A stretch of DNA of 64,000 nucleotides from an uncultured Bacilli bacterium (GTDB lineage Bacteria > Bacillota_I > Bacilli_A > RFN20 > CAG-826): NCBI GenBank assembly GCA_944336335.1, contig CALVLC010000049.1, positions 6,466 through 70,465 on the forward strand, in the 5' to 3' direction. The notes under the pieces were generated by a model. That model saw only the letters and a list, made by a program, of their open reading frames with translations, made no database searches and had not been told where the DNA came from. Positions 50,047 through 60,292 of the stretch are shown one piece after another. The position numbers were made by a program, and so were the translations under genes. Every line of letters starts with the position of its first letter. The stretch's first letter is position 1.

Positions 50047-50059
50047 CTTCACTGCTTTT

Positions 50060-50545
50060 TTATAAATCTAAGTCTTTTAATTTGTCGAAAGGCGAATAAT
50101 TAGAACCATCATTTTCATCAATTTCATCTTCACTGATTACTCTATAATTTTTACCTTGAGGATATTCTTCTCCATCTTTATGTAAAATAAGAGGAATTGA
50201 AGTAATAATTAATGAATATATCTCTTGATCTAAATCAATGTATCCTTCTTTGATGTAGAAAACATCTTCACTGTCCATTTCTTCTTCATCAGTATAGTAA
50301 AGTGTTTCATTAATATCTAAAGGATAATCAAATTCTTCGCCACTTAATGTTGAAATAACAGTTAAAATCGCATGGATATCGTATTTTACAATAATTACTG
50401 AGTCAGCTTTTTCAATTTCAACAACGCCTTCTACAGATTTATAAGATTTAATTGTAGGAATATTTTTAGCTGAATTATAGTAATTTAAATCTCCAACATA
50501 ATCTATTTTTTCAAGAGATTTAACTTTTCCAAAATCTATTCTCAT
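50060..50545 (-). CDS. yceD: YceD/DUF177 family protein (large-subunit ribosome accumulation protein)
   Basis: 161 aa acidic protein with a DUF177-like C-terminal pattern (IDLDQEIYSLIITSIPL). Confidence 0.65.
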   Translation of the reverse strand: MRIDFGKVKSLEKIDYVGDLNYYNSAKNIPTIKSYKSVEGVVEIEKADSVIIVKYDIHAILTVISTLSGEEFDYPLDINETLYYTDEEEMDSEDVFYIKEGYIDLDQEIYSLIITSIPLILHKDGEEYPQGKNYRVISEDEIDENDGSNYSPFDKLKDLDL

Positions 50546-52932
50546 TATTGTCTTAACTCCGCATTAAGTTTATTTTTAATTGCTTCTCTAACCTTTGTAT
50601 CGACTTCGTTAATTTCACTTTCTTTTAATGTGTGATCATCAGAACAAAGCTTAATTTTTAAAGCAATACTTCTATGTCCTTCAGCAATCTTATCACCTTT
50701 ATAAATATCAAAAATCTCTAAATCTTTGATTAAATTTGAACACTTTTTAATTTCTTTCTTTATATCAGAATAGAGTATTTCATTTTTGATAATAAATGCA
50801 TAATCTCTACTAACAACAGGGTATTTTGAAATATACACAAATTTATTGTTTGGAGTTCTTGTGTTGAATAATACTGATAGGTTAATTTCCATTACAGTTG
50901 CAAAAGTTTTATCAAGTGAGAACTCCTTTTTGACAAGTGGGTGCAAGTCGCCTAAAACAGCGCATAACTTGTTATCAATAAAGATTTTTGCACTTCTATT
51001 TGGATGGAACTCTTCTCCTTCAGAAATTCTTTCAATCTTAACTCTAGAAGGTGAGATATTAAACATTTTAGCAATGCTATCCCATAAACCTTTAGCATTA
51101 AAGTAACTTACAGGAAGACCAATCATCTTATCTTGTTGATATTCTTTACCAATAAAAGCAACAGCTAAATGAACTTCGTTAACTTTTTTAGTTTGAATAG
51201 GTGAAATTTCAAAGATTTTAAAATCTTCGTTTTGATGGTTAATATTGTATTCAGCACATCTTAATAATGAAGTTAATAAATTCTTTCTAACAAATTTATG
51301 ATCTTCAGTTAATGGATTTTTAATGACATATCCATCAGTTTTATTGAAATAGTTAAATTTATTGTCATCTTTTTCGTTTGTAAGAACGTATGTTAACACT
51401 TCATCAAATCCATTAGAAAGCAAATAATCTTCAACTATTCTTTCTTTTCTTTCACTATCTTTTAGTCCACCAACTGTTGTTTCCATATAAGGTAAAGCAC
51501 TTGTAACTGAATCAAATCCGTTATATCTAACGATTTCTTCACTTAAATCAGCTTTACCATCAACATCAATTCTATATGCAGGCACTGTTACGACAAATTC
51601 AGAATCATTTACTTCTTTTGGTTTAAAATTCAATAAAGATAATGTTTTTAAAATAGTATTTTTTTCAAAATTGCTACCTAAACGCTTATTGATGTAATCA
51701 TAAGAACAAGTTATCTTTTTAAGTTCGTGATTAATTGTATCATAAGCGACAATTTTGCTACTTTCTTTATAACCTGCAAGTTCTTTAACATAATGAGCTG
51801 CAAGGTTAATAACAAATTCACTTTGATGAGGATTTATTTCTTTAATATATCTTTGCGAAGAATCACTCATTAAACCTAATCTACTAGTTGTATGTCTAAT
51901 AGCTGCATGATTAAAATTAGCCACTTCAATAACTATATTTTTAGTGTTTTTATCAACTTCAACTGATTTAAGTCCCATAACTCCACCAATACATGCTGGT
52001 TTATTATTAGATGAAACAACTAAATCACCGTTAATTAAATGATAAGTTTTATCATCAAGTGCCACTACATCTTCTACAAAGTTGTCTTTAACAATAAGTT
52101 CAGTTTTTTCGAGCTTATCTAAGTCATACATATGTAATGGTTGACCAGTTAAAAGCATTACATAGTTACCAACATCAACGATATTATCAATTGATCTAAT
52201 TCCTTGTGAACGTAAAACTTCTTTTAACCATTTTGGTGAATCTTTTACTTCAATTCCTTTGATAACTTTAGCGTAAAATGATGGACAATTAGGAGTTTCA
52301 CTACCTACTTTAAAATCACTTGCAAAATTTCCTTCATCTTTAAACTCAGGAATTGTCACTTTTCTATCAAATAATGCACCAATTTCTCTTGCAACATTAA
52401 ACAAAGCAAAACAATCACTTCTATTAGCAAGTAAATTTAAATCTAAAACGACATCATCAAGTCCAAGATAAGACAAAACTTCTTTTGAACCAACTGGTGC
52501 GTCGTTTGGCAATTTTTCAATTCCAGCAATTTGTTCTGGCTTTAAAAATTTAGGATCAACACCAAGTTCATTTAGCGCGCAGAGCATTCCATTACTTTCT
52601 TGACCTCTAATTTCACCTTTTTTAATTTCGCCCTTTGGTAATTTTGCTCCTGGGAGAGCAACAATAACTTTTAAACCAACTCTAACATTTGGTGCTCCAC
52701 AAACAATATCAACAATTTCATCGCCGATATTTACTTTACAGCAATGCAAATGATCACTATTTGGATGAGGAATGCATGTAACAACTTCACCAATTACTAA
52801 ATTAGTAGCTTCACTCATCTTTTTAATTTGTTCAACTTCGATACCACTAAAAGTTAATTTTTGAGCGATTTCTTCAGCTTTTAAGCCACTAATATCAACA
52901 TATTTAGCAATTTCTTTTAAACTTACTAACAT
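50545..52932 (-). CDS. pheT: Phenylalanyl-tRNA synthetase beta subunit
   Basis: 795 aa with tRNA-binding N-domain, B3/B4, B5 and FDX-ACB domains. pheS-pheT operon. Confidence 0.95.
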   Translation of the reverse strand: MLVSLKEIAKYVDISGLKAEEIAQKLTFSGIEVEQIKKMSEATNLVIGEVVTCIPHPNSDHLHCCKVNIGDEIVDIVCGAPNVRVGLKVIVALPGAKLPKGEIKKGEIRGQESNGMLCALNELGVDPKFLKPEQIAGIEKLPNDAPVGSKEVLSYLGLDDVVLDLNLLANRSDCFALFNVAREIGALFDRKVTIPEFKDEGNFASDFKVGSETPNCPSFYAKVIKGIEVKDSPKWLKEVLRSQGIRSIDNIVDVGNYVMLLTGQPLHMYDLDKLEKTELIVKDNFVEDVVALDDKTYHLINGDLVVSSNNKPACIGGVMGLKSVEVDKNTKNIVIEVANFNHAAIRHTTSRLGLMSDSSQRYIKEINPHQSEFVINLAAHYVKELAGYKESSKIVAYDTINHELKKITCSYDYINKRLGSNFEKNTILKTLSLLNFKPKEVNDSEFVVTVPAYRIDVDGKADLSEEIVRYNGFDSVTSALPYMETTVGGLKDSERKERIVEDYLLSNGFDEVLTYVLTNEKDDNKFNYFNKTDGYVIKNPLTEDHKFVRKNLLTSLLRCAEYNINHQNEDFKIFEISPIQTKKVNEVHLAVAFIGKEYQQDKMIGLPVSYFNAKGLWDSIAKMFNISPSRVKIERISEGEEFHPNRSAKIFIDNKLCAVLGDLHPLVKKEFSLDKTFATVMEINLSVLFNTRTPNNKFVYISKYPVVSRDYAFIIKNEILYSDIKKEIKKCSNLIKDLEIFDIYKGDKIAEGHRSIALKIKLCSDDHTLKESEINEVDTKVREAIKNKLNAELRQ

Positions 52933-52935
52933 AAA

Positions 52936-53982
52936 TTAATCCTCATCTTTCTTATTGAATTCTTCAATAAATCTAACGTCACTTTGGTAGAATCTTCTAA
53001 TATCATCAATTCCATAGCGTAGCATTGCAACTCTTTCAATACCAATACCAAAAGCATAACCGCTATAAACTTCTGGATCATATCCACTCATTTTTAAAAC
53101 ATTAGGATGAACCATACCAGCACCTAAAATTTCAATCCATCCACTGCCTTTACAAACCGAGCAACCTTTTCCTTTACAGTTAAAGCAAGAAACATCAACT
53201 TCAACACTTGGTTCTGTAAATGGGAAATAGGAACTTCTAAATCTAATTTTTGAATCTTTAGAGAACATCTTTTTAGCGAAAAGTTCAAGTGTTGCTTTAA
53301 GATTACCTAAATTGATGTTTTTATCGATAACTAAACCTTCAACTTGAGCAAATTGATGTGAATGAGTCATATCATCATCATCTCTTCTAAAAGTTTTGCC
53401 AGGACAAATAATTTTAATAGGTTTGCCATTAGCATGTTCCATTACATGAGCTTGAACACTAGACGTGTGACTTCTTAAAAGCAAGTTATCATCAATATAA
53501 AGTGTATCTTGCATATCTCTTGCTGGGTGATCCTTTGGGATATTTAAAAGCTCAAAAACGTATTTATCAGTATCAACTTCTGGTCCGTTTTCAACGGTAT
53601 AACCCATTCCAACAAAGATATCTTCAATTTCTCTTTTAACTTTATAAAACGGATTCATTACACCAACGTTATAATTTTTACCAGGTAAAGTGATATCAAT
53701 TGATTCAGCATGTAATTTTTCATTTAAAGCTGCTTTTTGGAATTCAGCAAGTTTCTCACTTAATGCTGTTTCAATTTTTCTTCTTGCAAAATTATAAGCT
53801 TCACCAAAAGCTTTTTTATCATCAGCTTCTCTAATCTTGTTCATTAATGCTGAGAATTCACCTTTTTTAGAAAGATATTTGTTTCTAATATCAGTAAGAT
53901 CATCCATAATCTTGGCTTGAATAATAAGGACTAAAATCTTTTTTTCAATCTCAGAGAATAAATTTTCATATTTATTTTCCAT
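52936..53982 (-). CDS. pheS: Phenylalanyl-tRNA synthetase alpha subunit
   Basis: 348 aa class II catalytic core (FRRDDDDMTHSHQFAQVEG, GAGMVHPNVL). Confidence 0.95.
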   Translation of the reverse strand: MENKYENLFSEIEKKILVLIIQAKIMDDLTDIRNKYLSKKGEFSALMNKIREADDKKAFGEAYNFARRKIETALSEKLAEFQKAALNEKLHAESIDITLPGKNYNVGVMNPFYKVKREIEDIFVGMGYTVENGPEVDTDKYVFELLNIPKDHPARDMQDTLYIDDNLLLRSHTSSVQAHVMEHANGKPIKIICPGKTFRRDDDDMTHSHQFAQVEGLVIDKNINLGNLKATLELFAKKMFSKDSKIRFRSSYFPFTEPSVEVDVSCFNCKGKGCSVCKGSGWIEILGAGMVHPNVLKMSGYDPEVYSGYAFGIGIERVAMLRYGIDDIRRFYQSDVRFIEEFNKKDED

Positions 53983-53989
53983 ATATAAC

Positions 53990-54240
53990 CTCCTAAAAAA
54001 ACAAAAAAGAATTAGGTTTAGGAACGCGATTAACGTGGTACCATCCTAATTCTTTATAAATATAAAGCACTTAATTTTAGTTATATCGTCAACTTAAACG
54101 GATTCATCAAATCAGCTCCAAGGCGAATTCATTAATCATTATTAAGAGTGTTTTCACTTTATCACTCCTCCCTAATTAATAAGTGGATTAATTACTACTC
54201 CTTATCAACGCCTCTAAATAATATCACTTTTAACTTATTT
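53990..54240 (-). promoter_or_regulatory. T-box riboswitch leader of pheST (putative UUC specifier)
   Basis: The reverse-strand read contains AGAATTAGGATGGTACCACG, matching the T-box consensus AATTAGGGTGGTACCGCG at 15 of 18 positions. The hairpin AGAATTAGG...CCTAATTCT plus a U6 tract follows, then GGAGG and ATG. GAATTCG is a candidate specifier loop. Confidence 0.7.
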
Positions 54241-54245
54241 CTTCA

Positions 54246-57200
54246 TCAAGAATTACTACCTTGTCCAGTTAAAGATGAAATTGGATTTTCTAATGTATAA
54301 ACTGCAAGAGCAAGGTAATCATTACTTCCTGTATCTTCGGCATTACCAGCATAAATTGCATTATTTGAATTAGAAGAATCAACATTAACATAAAGTGTTA
54401 CTGTTTCATTACTTAAAGTTCCATCTTCGTTATAGAAATTAACTTTGTAAATAACGAAATTGTATTTTGTTAATGGGTTAGTGTTATCAGGATCTGGAAC
54501 TGATGGAGTAAATCCAACAGCAAATTCAAATCTTCTTAACTCAATTTCATCATTTTCATTCATAAAGAAGAGATATTTATCACCATTTTCTCTAGTGATA
54601 TGTCTATAAGCATGGAAACTATCTTCAGTAGCTTGTTCTGGCCAAATATCGGCAAAATCTTCTTTTGAAACATTAACCATTCCTTGAGGTGTGAAAAGTT
54701 CAAAAGTATTAGGGTTATTTGTTACATCTTTATCGCCTTTTCTCATAACAAACTTGAATCTTTGACCTTGATAAGAATATCTATCTTTTAAAACACCAAA
54801 TGAATAGTCAGCAAGTTCATTGTAAGTTAAGGCATAGCTACTTCCATCAACTGAACTTAACCGGTTTCCATGAATATTAAAGTAATATTTTGTTGGTTCA
54901 CCTGCACTAGTTTCTAAAGCACCATTTGCTAAAGTTTCGCCAATTAAACCAGTCCTTTCCCATCTAGAAAGTGAATTAATAAAGACATAACCGGTATTAT
55001 CAGCACCTTTTATAGTAGTTTTACTACCTTCAACTAATTTTTGATCAGTATCTAATTTAGTGAATGAATCACCAGTAAAGGCATAATTTTCGTTATTTTC
55101 TGAAACAATATGAGTTGATGAATCATAACTTACTTCACTTGTATAAGTATCTCCACTTAATAAAGCGAAGTAATTATTTGAATTCACTTCCTTTAAAACT
55201 CTGTAACTATCAAAGCTTTCAACTTTTACCCAGCTATTATCATTAGATAAATCTTTTCTAACATATAAAGCATTATCTTCACTACCAACAAAGATAGGTT
55301 GAATATCTTTAGAAGGTGAGTCTGATAAAATGTTTCCAGGAATTAAAGGTGAATTTGCACTTGTTTTAATGTAAAGTTCTCTATCTTCGCCTTCGCCTCT
55401 AGAATAAATACCGTTTTCAGCATGAGAAATTCTTTCCCATTTATTTTCTGTTGTATTTAAAACAAATTCAGCAGTTTGATCATCATTAACAAAGGAAGTT
55501 AAAGTTGAATTAGATGAAGAAACACCAGTTGAGTAATTATTCTCTAATCCACTTTCAGTTGTATCAACGTTATTTGCAATCCATTCTCCATTGTCATAAC
55601 TTGCTAAAGTTGATAAGTCATTTCCAAATAATGTTCCTTTATTGAAACTATCTTCATAAAGATAATAAATTGGAACTTGGCTTTTAAAAGCAAGTTTAGT
55701 GAATCTATCACGATTTTCACCTAAAACAACTCTTAAATTTTTAACAGATGATTGAATTGATAAAGTTTCACCAGGAACCATTTCACTAACATTTGTTGAA
55801 TAATTTAATAGACCTTTATTTGCTCCTTTAATTAAATTTTCTAAATTTGTAAAAGCATTTTCATCATTTGCTTTTATATCACCAAGTAGCCAGGTATTAG
55901 TAGCATTTTCTTGAACATTTATTGAATTTAGCAATGTGAAATTGCCAGTATCTTTTGCATAAATCTTACCATTTGTATTTAGAGTAAGATTAGAAACAGC
56001 AAGACTTCCACTTTCACATCTTAAATAAGTATTTAAATTTACATCATTTAAATTTACATTAAAATCACTATTTGCAAGATTAAATCCATTTGTACTAGCT
56101 TTAAAAACTTCATTGCTATCTTCGCTAACACTACTTGTATCTTCAATAGTTAATAAACTTACATCATTAATTGAAACTTTTGAGCCAGTTCCAGATAGAC
56201 TATTGGAATTTAAAATTAATGTTCCGCTTTCTAAATTAAATAAGCTGTTTGTTGTTTTGCCAATATATTCAAAACTATTTTCGTTGACATAAGTTTGTGA
56301 AGCATAGTCAATATTAGCAATTAATGTTGCGCCACTATTAAAACTCGTTTTAACTTTAAGTGAATTGAATTTGTATGTATCAAAAAGGTTTACACCATTT
56401 TCAGCTCTATTTTGAACATCAGAGAAATTAGAATAATTTGTAATTGTTAAGTTTGTAGTTAATTTACCACCATTATCGACAAGAATTTCGCCTTGTTTCT
56501 CACTTGAATCATAAATTAAACCGTTTCCTTCAATAGTTCCACCATCTTTAACGGTAATTTTGTGCCCATTCAAGTCAATAGCACTAAATGAACCAACAAT
56601 ATCACCACTTCCAACTGTGGTTGTTCCTACTTCAGCGCCAACAATTAAAGTTCCTTCAACCACTAAATCTTGATTAAGTTTTAGAGTTAATATTGCATCA
56701 CTTGCGTTAACTTCGTTTCCTGGATTAGATAAGTTTGAACTTGAAACAACATTTCTTGCTTCACCAGTTGATAAGGAATATTCAAAATATGGCAAATATA
56801 GTTTTTTACCTTTTGCGATGGTTGAAACATCACTAGAAATAATAAATTTATTCTTTTCTTGATCAGTATTTAAAACCATTTGGTAGAATGGATTAACTGT
56901 ATCATAAGTAGCCAAAGTATCACTTAATTTTTCAAATTTAGAAGTATCTAAATCATCATGATAAATTTTAATAGCTTTATTTCTTTCGTTATTATCAGCA
57001 AAATTAATTGTAGAATATGGGAAAGTTTGAATATTTAAATTATCATAATCTTCAAAATAAATGTTATCGATAGTTGAATTTCCAAATGAAGTTGTAATAT
57101 CGAGTTCAAGTGGATTATCACTATTTTCATCTAAAATAATAGTTGCATCACCAAGATCGACTGTTTCAAAACTTGTCTCAGTTATAACTCCATCTTTTTC

Positions 57201-58325
57201 TCTATAAGTTTTTGGAATATAAACATTTTCTAAATCAAGATTTGAAAAAGCATTAAATTGAATGCTTTCCAAAGTTGAAGGAAGATAAATATTCTTTAAA
57301 TTTGATTTGCTTGCACCAGTTTCAGTGTCTCTTTCGCCATAAAAAGCATAGAAACCAATAGTTTTGATCCCTTCACCAATACGAATAGTTTCAACATCAT
57401 AAATTGAAGGATCAAATTCTGCCGCTCCAATTTCTGGAAGATAATGTGATAAAAGAGTTGGAACAAAAGAAATTGGACCAACAACTACTTCTCTAGCTGT
57501 ATCAAAATCAGAGTAATGAGTTCCAGAAATTGTAATTTCCGTAGGCATATTTTGATCTAGAGGTATACCAACTGAACGGCGGTATGTATTTTTTAAAGCC
57601 TTTGAAAGACCTAAAAATTCATTTATATTTTGAATGTCTTCTTGATTTAAAAGCGAATCAATAATCGAATACAAATCATTTCTTAAAAATGCTAAATCTT
57701 TACCTTCAAAATTTAATAAATCCCCAGTAAATTCTTCAGCCCCTTCGATTGATAAAGAAAAATCACTAATGTAGAAGAAATTTGGATCGTATGCTTTTGC
57801 GTTAGAAACATCTTCAATAGTTCCACCATCTTTAACCATAGAATATGTTTTGACAGCTTCTTTTCCAAAATTATCTTCATGAAGGACGAAAGGTAAATTA
57901 TCAAATAATTTTTCAATTTGGAAAGAAATATTGCCACTTTCATCTTGACCGATGTATTCACCAAAAGTAAAGCTATCTGGTTGACCATCATCGTCAGTAT
58001 CATCAAAAGTCATTGGAATATTTCCAAAATCAACAAAGTATTTATTAGGATTTTCACTAAATGAGAAATTTGAGAAATTTAATTGTCCAAGATATTCAAC
58101 TTCTGTTTCACTACGGACTAAAACGCCCTTAAATGTTTCGACATCAAAATAAAAAAGAGGATCTTTGGTTAATTCTTGATTCTCTGGTTTTGCATAAAAT
58201 GCTTTATAGGCGTTTAATGCTCTATCTTTCCATTCTTGGTTTGGGTCTTTAGTGTATTGGCAACTTGATAAGAGAAGAGCTAACCCAACAGCACTTAAAG
58301 ATAAAATTCCTGCTTTTGTTCTCAT
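54246..58325 (-). CDS. Large surface lipoprotein (1359 aa) with BspA-type leucine-rich repeats and a predicted beta-helix/Gly-rich central region
   Basis: Signal peptide plus lipobox LLSSC. LRR-like IKTIGFYAF...LKNIYLPSTLESIQFNAFSNL...VYIP. Asn/Ser/Thr-rich repetitive beta-strand segments. Confidence 0.7.
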   Translation of the reverse strand: MRTKAGILSLSAVGLALLLSSCQYTKDPNQEWKDRALNAYKAFYAKPENQELTKDPLFYFDVETFKGVLVRSETEVEYLGQLNFSNFSFSENPNKYFVDFGNIPMTFDDTDDDGQPDSFTFGEYIGQDESGNISFQIEKLFDNLPFVLHEDNFGKEAVKTYSMVKDGGTIEDVSNAKAYDPNFFYISDFSLSIEGAEEFTGDLLNFEGKDLAFLRNDLYSIIDSLLNQEDIQNINEFLGLSKALKNTYRRSVGIPLDQNMPTEITISGTHYSDFDTAREVVVGPISFVPTLLSHYLPEIGAAEFDPSIYDVETIRIGEGIKTIGFYAFYGERDTETGASKSNLKNIYLPSTLESIQFNAFSNLDLENVYIPKTYREKDGVITETSFETVDLGDATIILDENSDNPLELDITTSFGNSTIDNIYFEDYDNLNIQTFPYSTINFADNNERNKAIKIYHDDLDTSKFEKLSDTLATYDTVNPFYQMVLNTDQEKNKFIISSDVSTIAKGKKLYLPYFEYSLSTGEARNVVSSSNLSNPGNEVNASDAILTLKLNQDLVVEGTLIVGAEVGTTTVGSGDIVGSFSAIDLNGHKITVKDGGTIEGNGLIYDSSEKQGEILVDNGGKLTTNLTITNYSNFSDVQNRAENGVNLFDTYKFNSLKVKTSFNSGATLIANIDYASQTYVNENSFEYIGKTTNSLFNLESGTLILNSNSLSGTGSKVSINDVSLLTIEDTSSVSEDSNEVFKASTNGFNLANSDFNVNLNDVNLNTYLRCESGSLAVSNLTLNTNGKIYAKDTGNFTLLNSINVQENATNTWLLGDIKANDENAFTNLENLIKGANKGLLNYSTNVSEMVPGETLSIQSSVKNLRVVLGENRDRFTKLAFKSQVPIYYLYEDSFNKGTLFGNDLSTLASYDNGEWIANNVDTTESGLENNYSTGVSSSNSTLTSFVNDDQTAEFVLNTTENKWERISHAENGIYSRGEGEDRELYIKTSANSPLIPGNILSDSPSKDIQPIFVGSEDNALYVRKDLSNDNSWVKVESFDSYRVLKEVNSNNYFALLSGDTYTSEVSYDSSTHIVSENNENYAFTGDSFTKLDTDQKLVEGSKTTIKGADNTGYVFINSLSRWERTGLIGETLANGALETSAGEPTKYYFNIHGNRLSSVDGSSYALTYNELADYSFGVLKDRYSYQGQRFKFVMRKGDKDVTNNPNTFELFTPQGMVNVSKEDFADIWPEQATEDSFHAYRHITRENGDKYLFFMNENDEIELRRFEFAVGFTPSVPDPDNTNPLTKYNFVIYKVNFYNEDGTLSNETVTLYVNVDSSNSNNAIYAGNAEDTGSNDYLALAVYTLENPISSLTGQGSNS

Positions 58326-58326
58326 C

Positions 58327-59076
58327 CTAATCCTTCTTTCTGTAAGGTGAAGCTTGATACATTATAATGCCTCCAGCTACCCCCACATTTAAGCTATCTA
58401 TATCCTGAATTTCAATCTTGATTTTTAAATCGCTTTTAACTTGAATATCTTTAGATATTCCTTTTCCTTCATTACCTAAAATTATCGCATAGTTTTGCTC
58501 TTTTTTAAAGATTGTTTTAGAAAGGAAGACAGAATCACTATCTAAAGATGTACTAACTAACTTGTAGCCCTTATTTTTTAAGGAAAATAAATAGTCTTTA
58601 TCGCCAGAAATAACATTTAATTTAAAAATACTTCCTTGTGAGGATTGAATCACTTTAAATGAGTATTTAAAAGCACAGCCACTTGAAAGAATAACGTCTT
58701 TAAAACCAAAAGCTAATGCTGTTCTTAAAATTGTTCCAACATTACCTGGATCTTGAACATCATCAAGATATAAAACACGTGAAGAAGTAACTTCTTTTTC
58801 TTCAAAATAATTTGCCACTCCAATCACTTCTGTTGTTGATTTATTTTGCGATATTTTGTTCATCAACATTTCGTTAATCACGTAAACTTTGTTGTATAAG
58901 TATTTGTCTTTGAATGATGGCAAACATAAAATGTATTCTATATTATCTTTTCCCATCTCAACTAAATGATTTCCTTCTAGTAAAAATCGCCTTTCTTCTT
59001 TAGAAAAGGCATTATTTTGAAGTTTTTTAACGTATTTTATAATTTCATTGTCTTTACTTTTAATCTCATTAATCAT
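58327..59076 (-). CDS. SpoU/TrmH-family RNA 2'-O-methyltransferase
   Basis: 249 aa with SPOUT motifs LDDVQDPGNVGTILRTALAFG and IILGNEGKGIS. Confidence 0.8.
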   Translation of the reverse strand: MINEIKSKDNEIIKYVKKLQNNAFSKEERRFLLEGNHLVEMGKDNIEYILCLPSFKDKYLYNKVYVINEMLMNKISQNKSTTEVIGVANYFEEKEVTSSRVLYLDDVQDPGNVGTILRTALAFGFKDVILSSGCAFKYSFKVIQSSQGSIFKLNVISGDKDYLFSLKNKGYKLVSTSLDSDSVFLSKTIFKKEQNYAIILGNEGKGISKDIQVKSDLKIKIEIQDIDSLNVGVAGGIIMYQASPYRKKD

Positions 59077-59786
59077 TTGTAAATTCTCTTATTAATTTTT
59101 TTAATTCTTGCATCATAATCAGGCATGTATCTATATACAACATTGTAGAAGTTTCTTGAATGATTAAACTCAAAATGATGAGCCAATTCATGGACTACTA
59201 CAGCATCAATTAATTCTGGAGAATAATGTATCAATAAATCAGCAAAAGTTATTGCATGAGTTCTTCTTGAATTAACTCCAAAATTTGATCTTTTATTGCG
59301 AACCTTTACAGTATATGGATTAGTTATATTCATAACTTTTTCATAATATCTCACTCTTTCTCCAAGATATTTCTGAAAATATGGAGCAACTTTTTCATAA
59401 AAATTAACTAAGTTAATAAAAAGAAAATTTTTATTAAATACTTTAACAAATCCATCGTTGAATAATTGATATTCGCCTAAAATGTGTATGCCTTTATTGG
59501 TACAAGCTTTAGCTTTTGCTTTATCTCTTTCTAGCAAAATCTTTGCGTGAACTATTAATCCACCTCTAATGGTTAATTTAGAAGCATAATTAGGTGCAGA
59601 AATATAAAAAGCTCCATCTTTGAAAGAATAAGTAATCTTTGAACTTTTATAGCCTTTATATCTTATATAAACACTATACTTCTTTCCTTCAACTTCATAA
59701 TAACAAAATAAAGAATACTTCTGCATACTTACAATTATCAAACAACCTGGTTTAAATGTGTATAAAAATGTTAAAAATAATCGCAA
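59073..59786 (-). CDS. YgjP/DUF45-family metal-dependent hydrolase (HExxH)
   Basis: 237 aa with HELAHHFEFNHS. Zincin-like motif in a DUF45-sized protein. Confidence 0.65.
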   Translation of the reverse strand: MRLFLTFLYTFKPGCLIIVSMQKYSLFCYYEVEGKKYSVYIRYKGYKSSKITYSFKDGAFYISAPNYASKLTIRGGLIVHAKILLERDKAKAKACTNKGIHILGEYQLFNDGFVKVFNKNFLFINLVNFYEKVAPYFQKYLGERVRYYEKVMNITNPYTVKVRNKRSNFGVNSRRTHAITFADLLIHYSPELIDAVVVHELAHHFEFNHSRNFYNVVYRYMPDYDARIKKINKRIYK

Positions 59787-59860
59787 AAAATCAATCTTAC
59801 AATAGAATCAGTAAGAAATTGAAAGTATAATAATAAGGTTATTGAAAGGAGAACGTAATT

Positions 59861-60292
59861 ATGGAAACAATTATTGTAAGTGCATGTCTATTAGGAGAAA
59901 ACACCAAATATAATGGTGGAAATAATTACGATCCACGAATCGAAAAATTAAAAGAAAAATATAATATCGTTCCAATTTGTCCTGAATCTTTTGGTGGACT
60001 TAAAATTCCAAGGGAACCAAGTGAAATTCGTGGCTCTTTTGTTGTTTCAAAAAACGGAAAAGATGTTACAAACTACTTTAACGAAGGTGCTCATAAAGTC
60101 ATCAATATTGTTAACTTTATGCACGTTAAAAAAGCCGTTTTAATGGATAGATCTCCAAGTTGTGGAGTAAATAAAATATATAATGGCAAATTCAATAAAA
60201 TCTTAATTAATGGACAAGGCTATACTGCACATCTATTAAAAGAAAAAGGTGTTGAATTATATACAATTGACGATATAGATAAACTTTTATAA
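59861..60292 (+). CDS. DUF523 (TudS-like, putative [4Fe-4S] thiouracil desulfurase family) protein
   Basis: 143 aa with IIVSACLLGENTKYNGG N-terminus and conserved Cys at SAC / PICPE / SPSCG, as in DUF523. Confidence 0.6.
   Translation: METIIVSACLLGENTKYNGGNNYDPRIEKLKEKYNIVPICPESFGGLKIPREPSEIRGSFVVSKNGKDVTNYFNEGAHKVINIVNFMHVKKAVLMDRSPSCGVNKIYNGKFNKILINGQGYTAHLLKEKGVELYTIDDIDKLL

Noticed and set aside
49528-50059. Structured RNA gene (RNase P RNA, tmRNA, SRP RNA, 6S, tRNA) in the 530-bp ORF-free spacer upstream of mraZ
   Set aside because: I could not find the hallmark conserved boxes of RNase P, tmRNA or 4.5S RNA, or a tRNA cloverleaf or T-loop. The region is better explained by promoter and operator repeats. 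A 6S-like or novel sRNA cannot be excluded without RNA-seq.
50060-50545. Expected rpmF (L32) gene next to yceD
   Set aside because: No ~57-aa L32-like ORF is present on either strand in the flanking spacer. rpmF is presumably located elsewhere.
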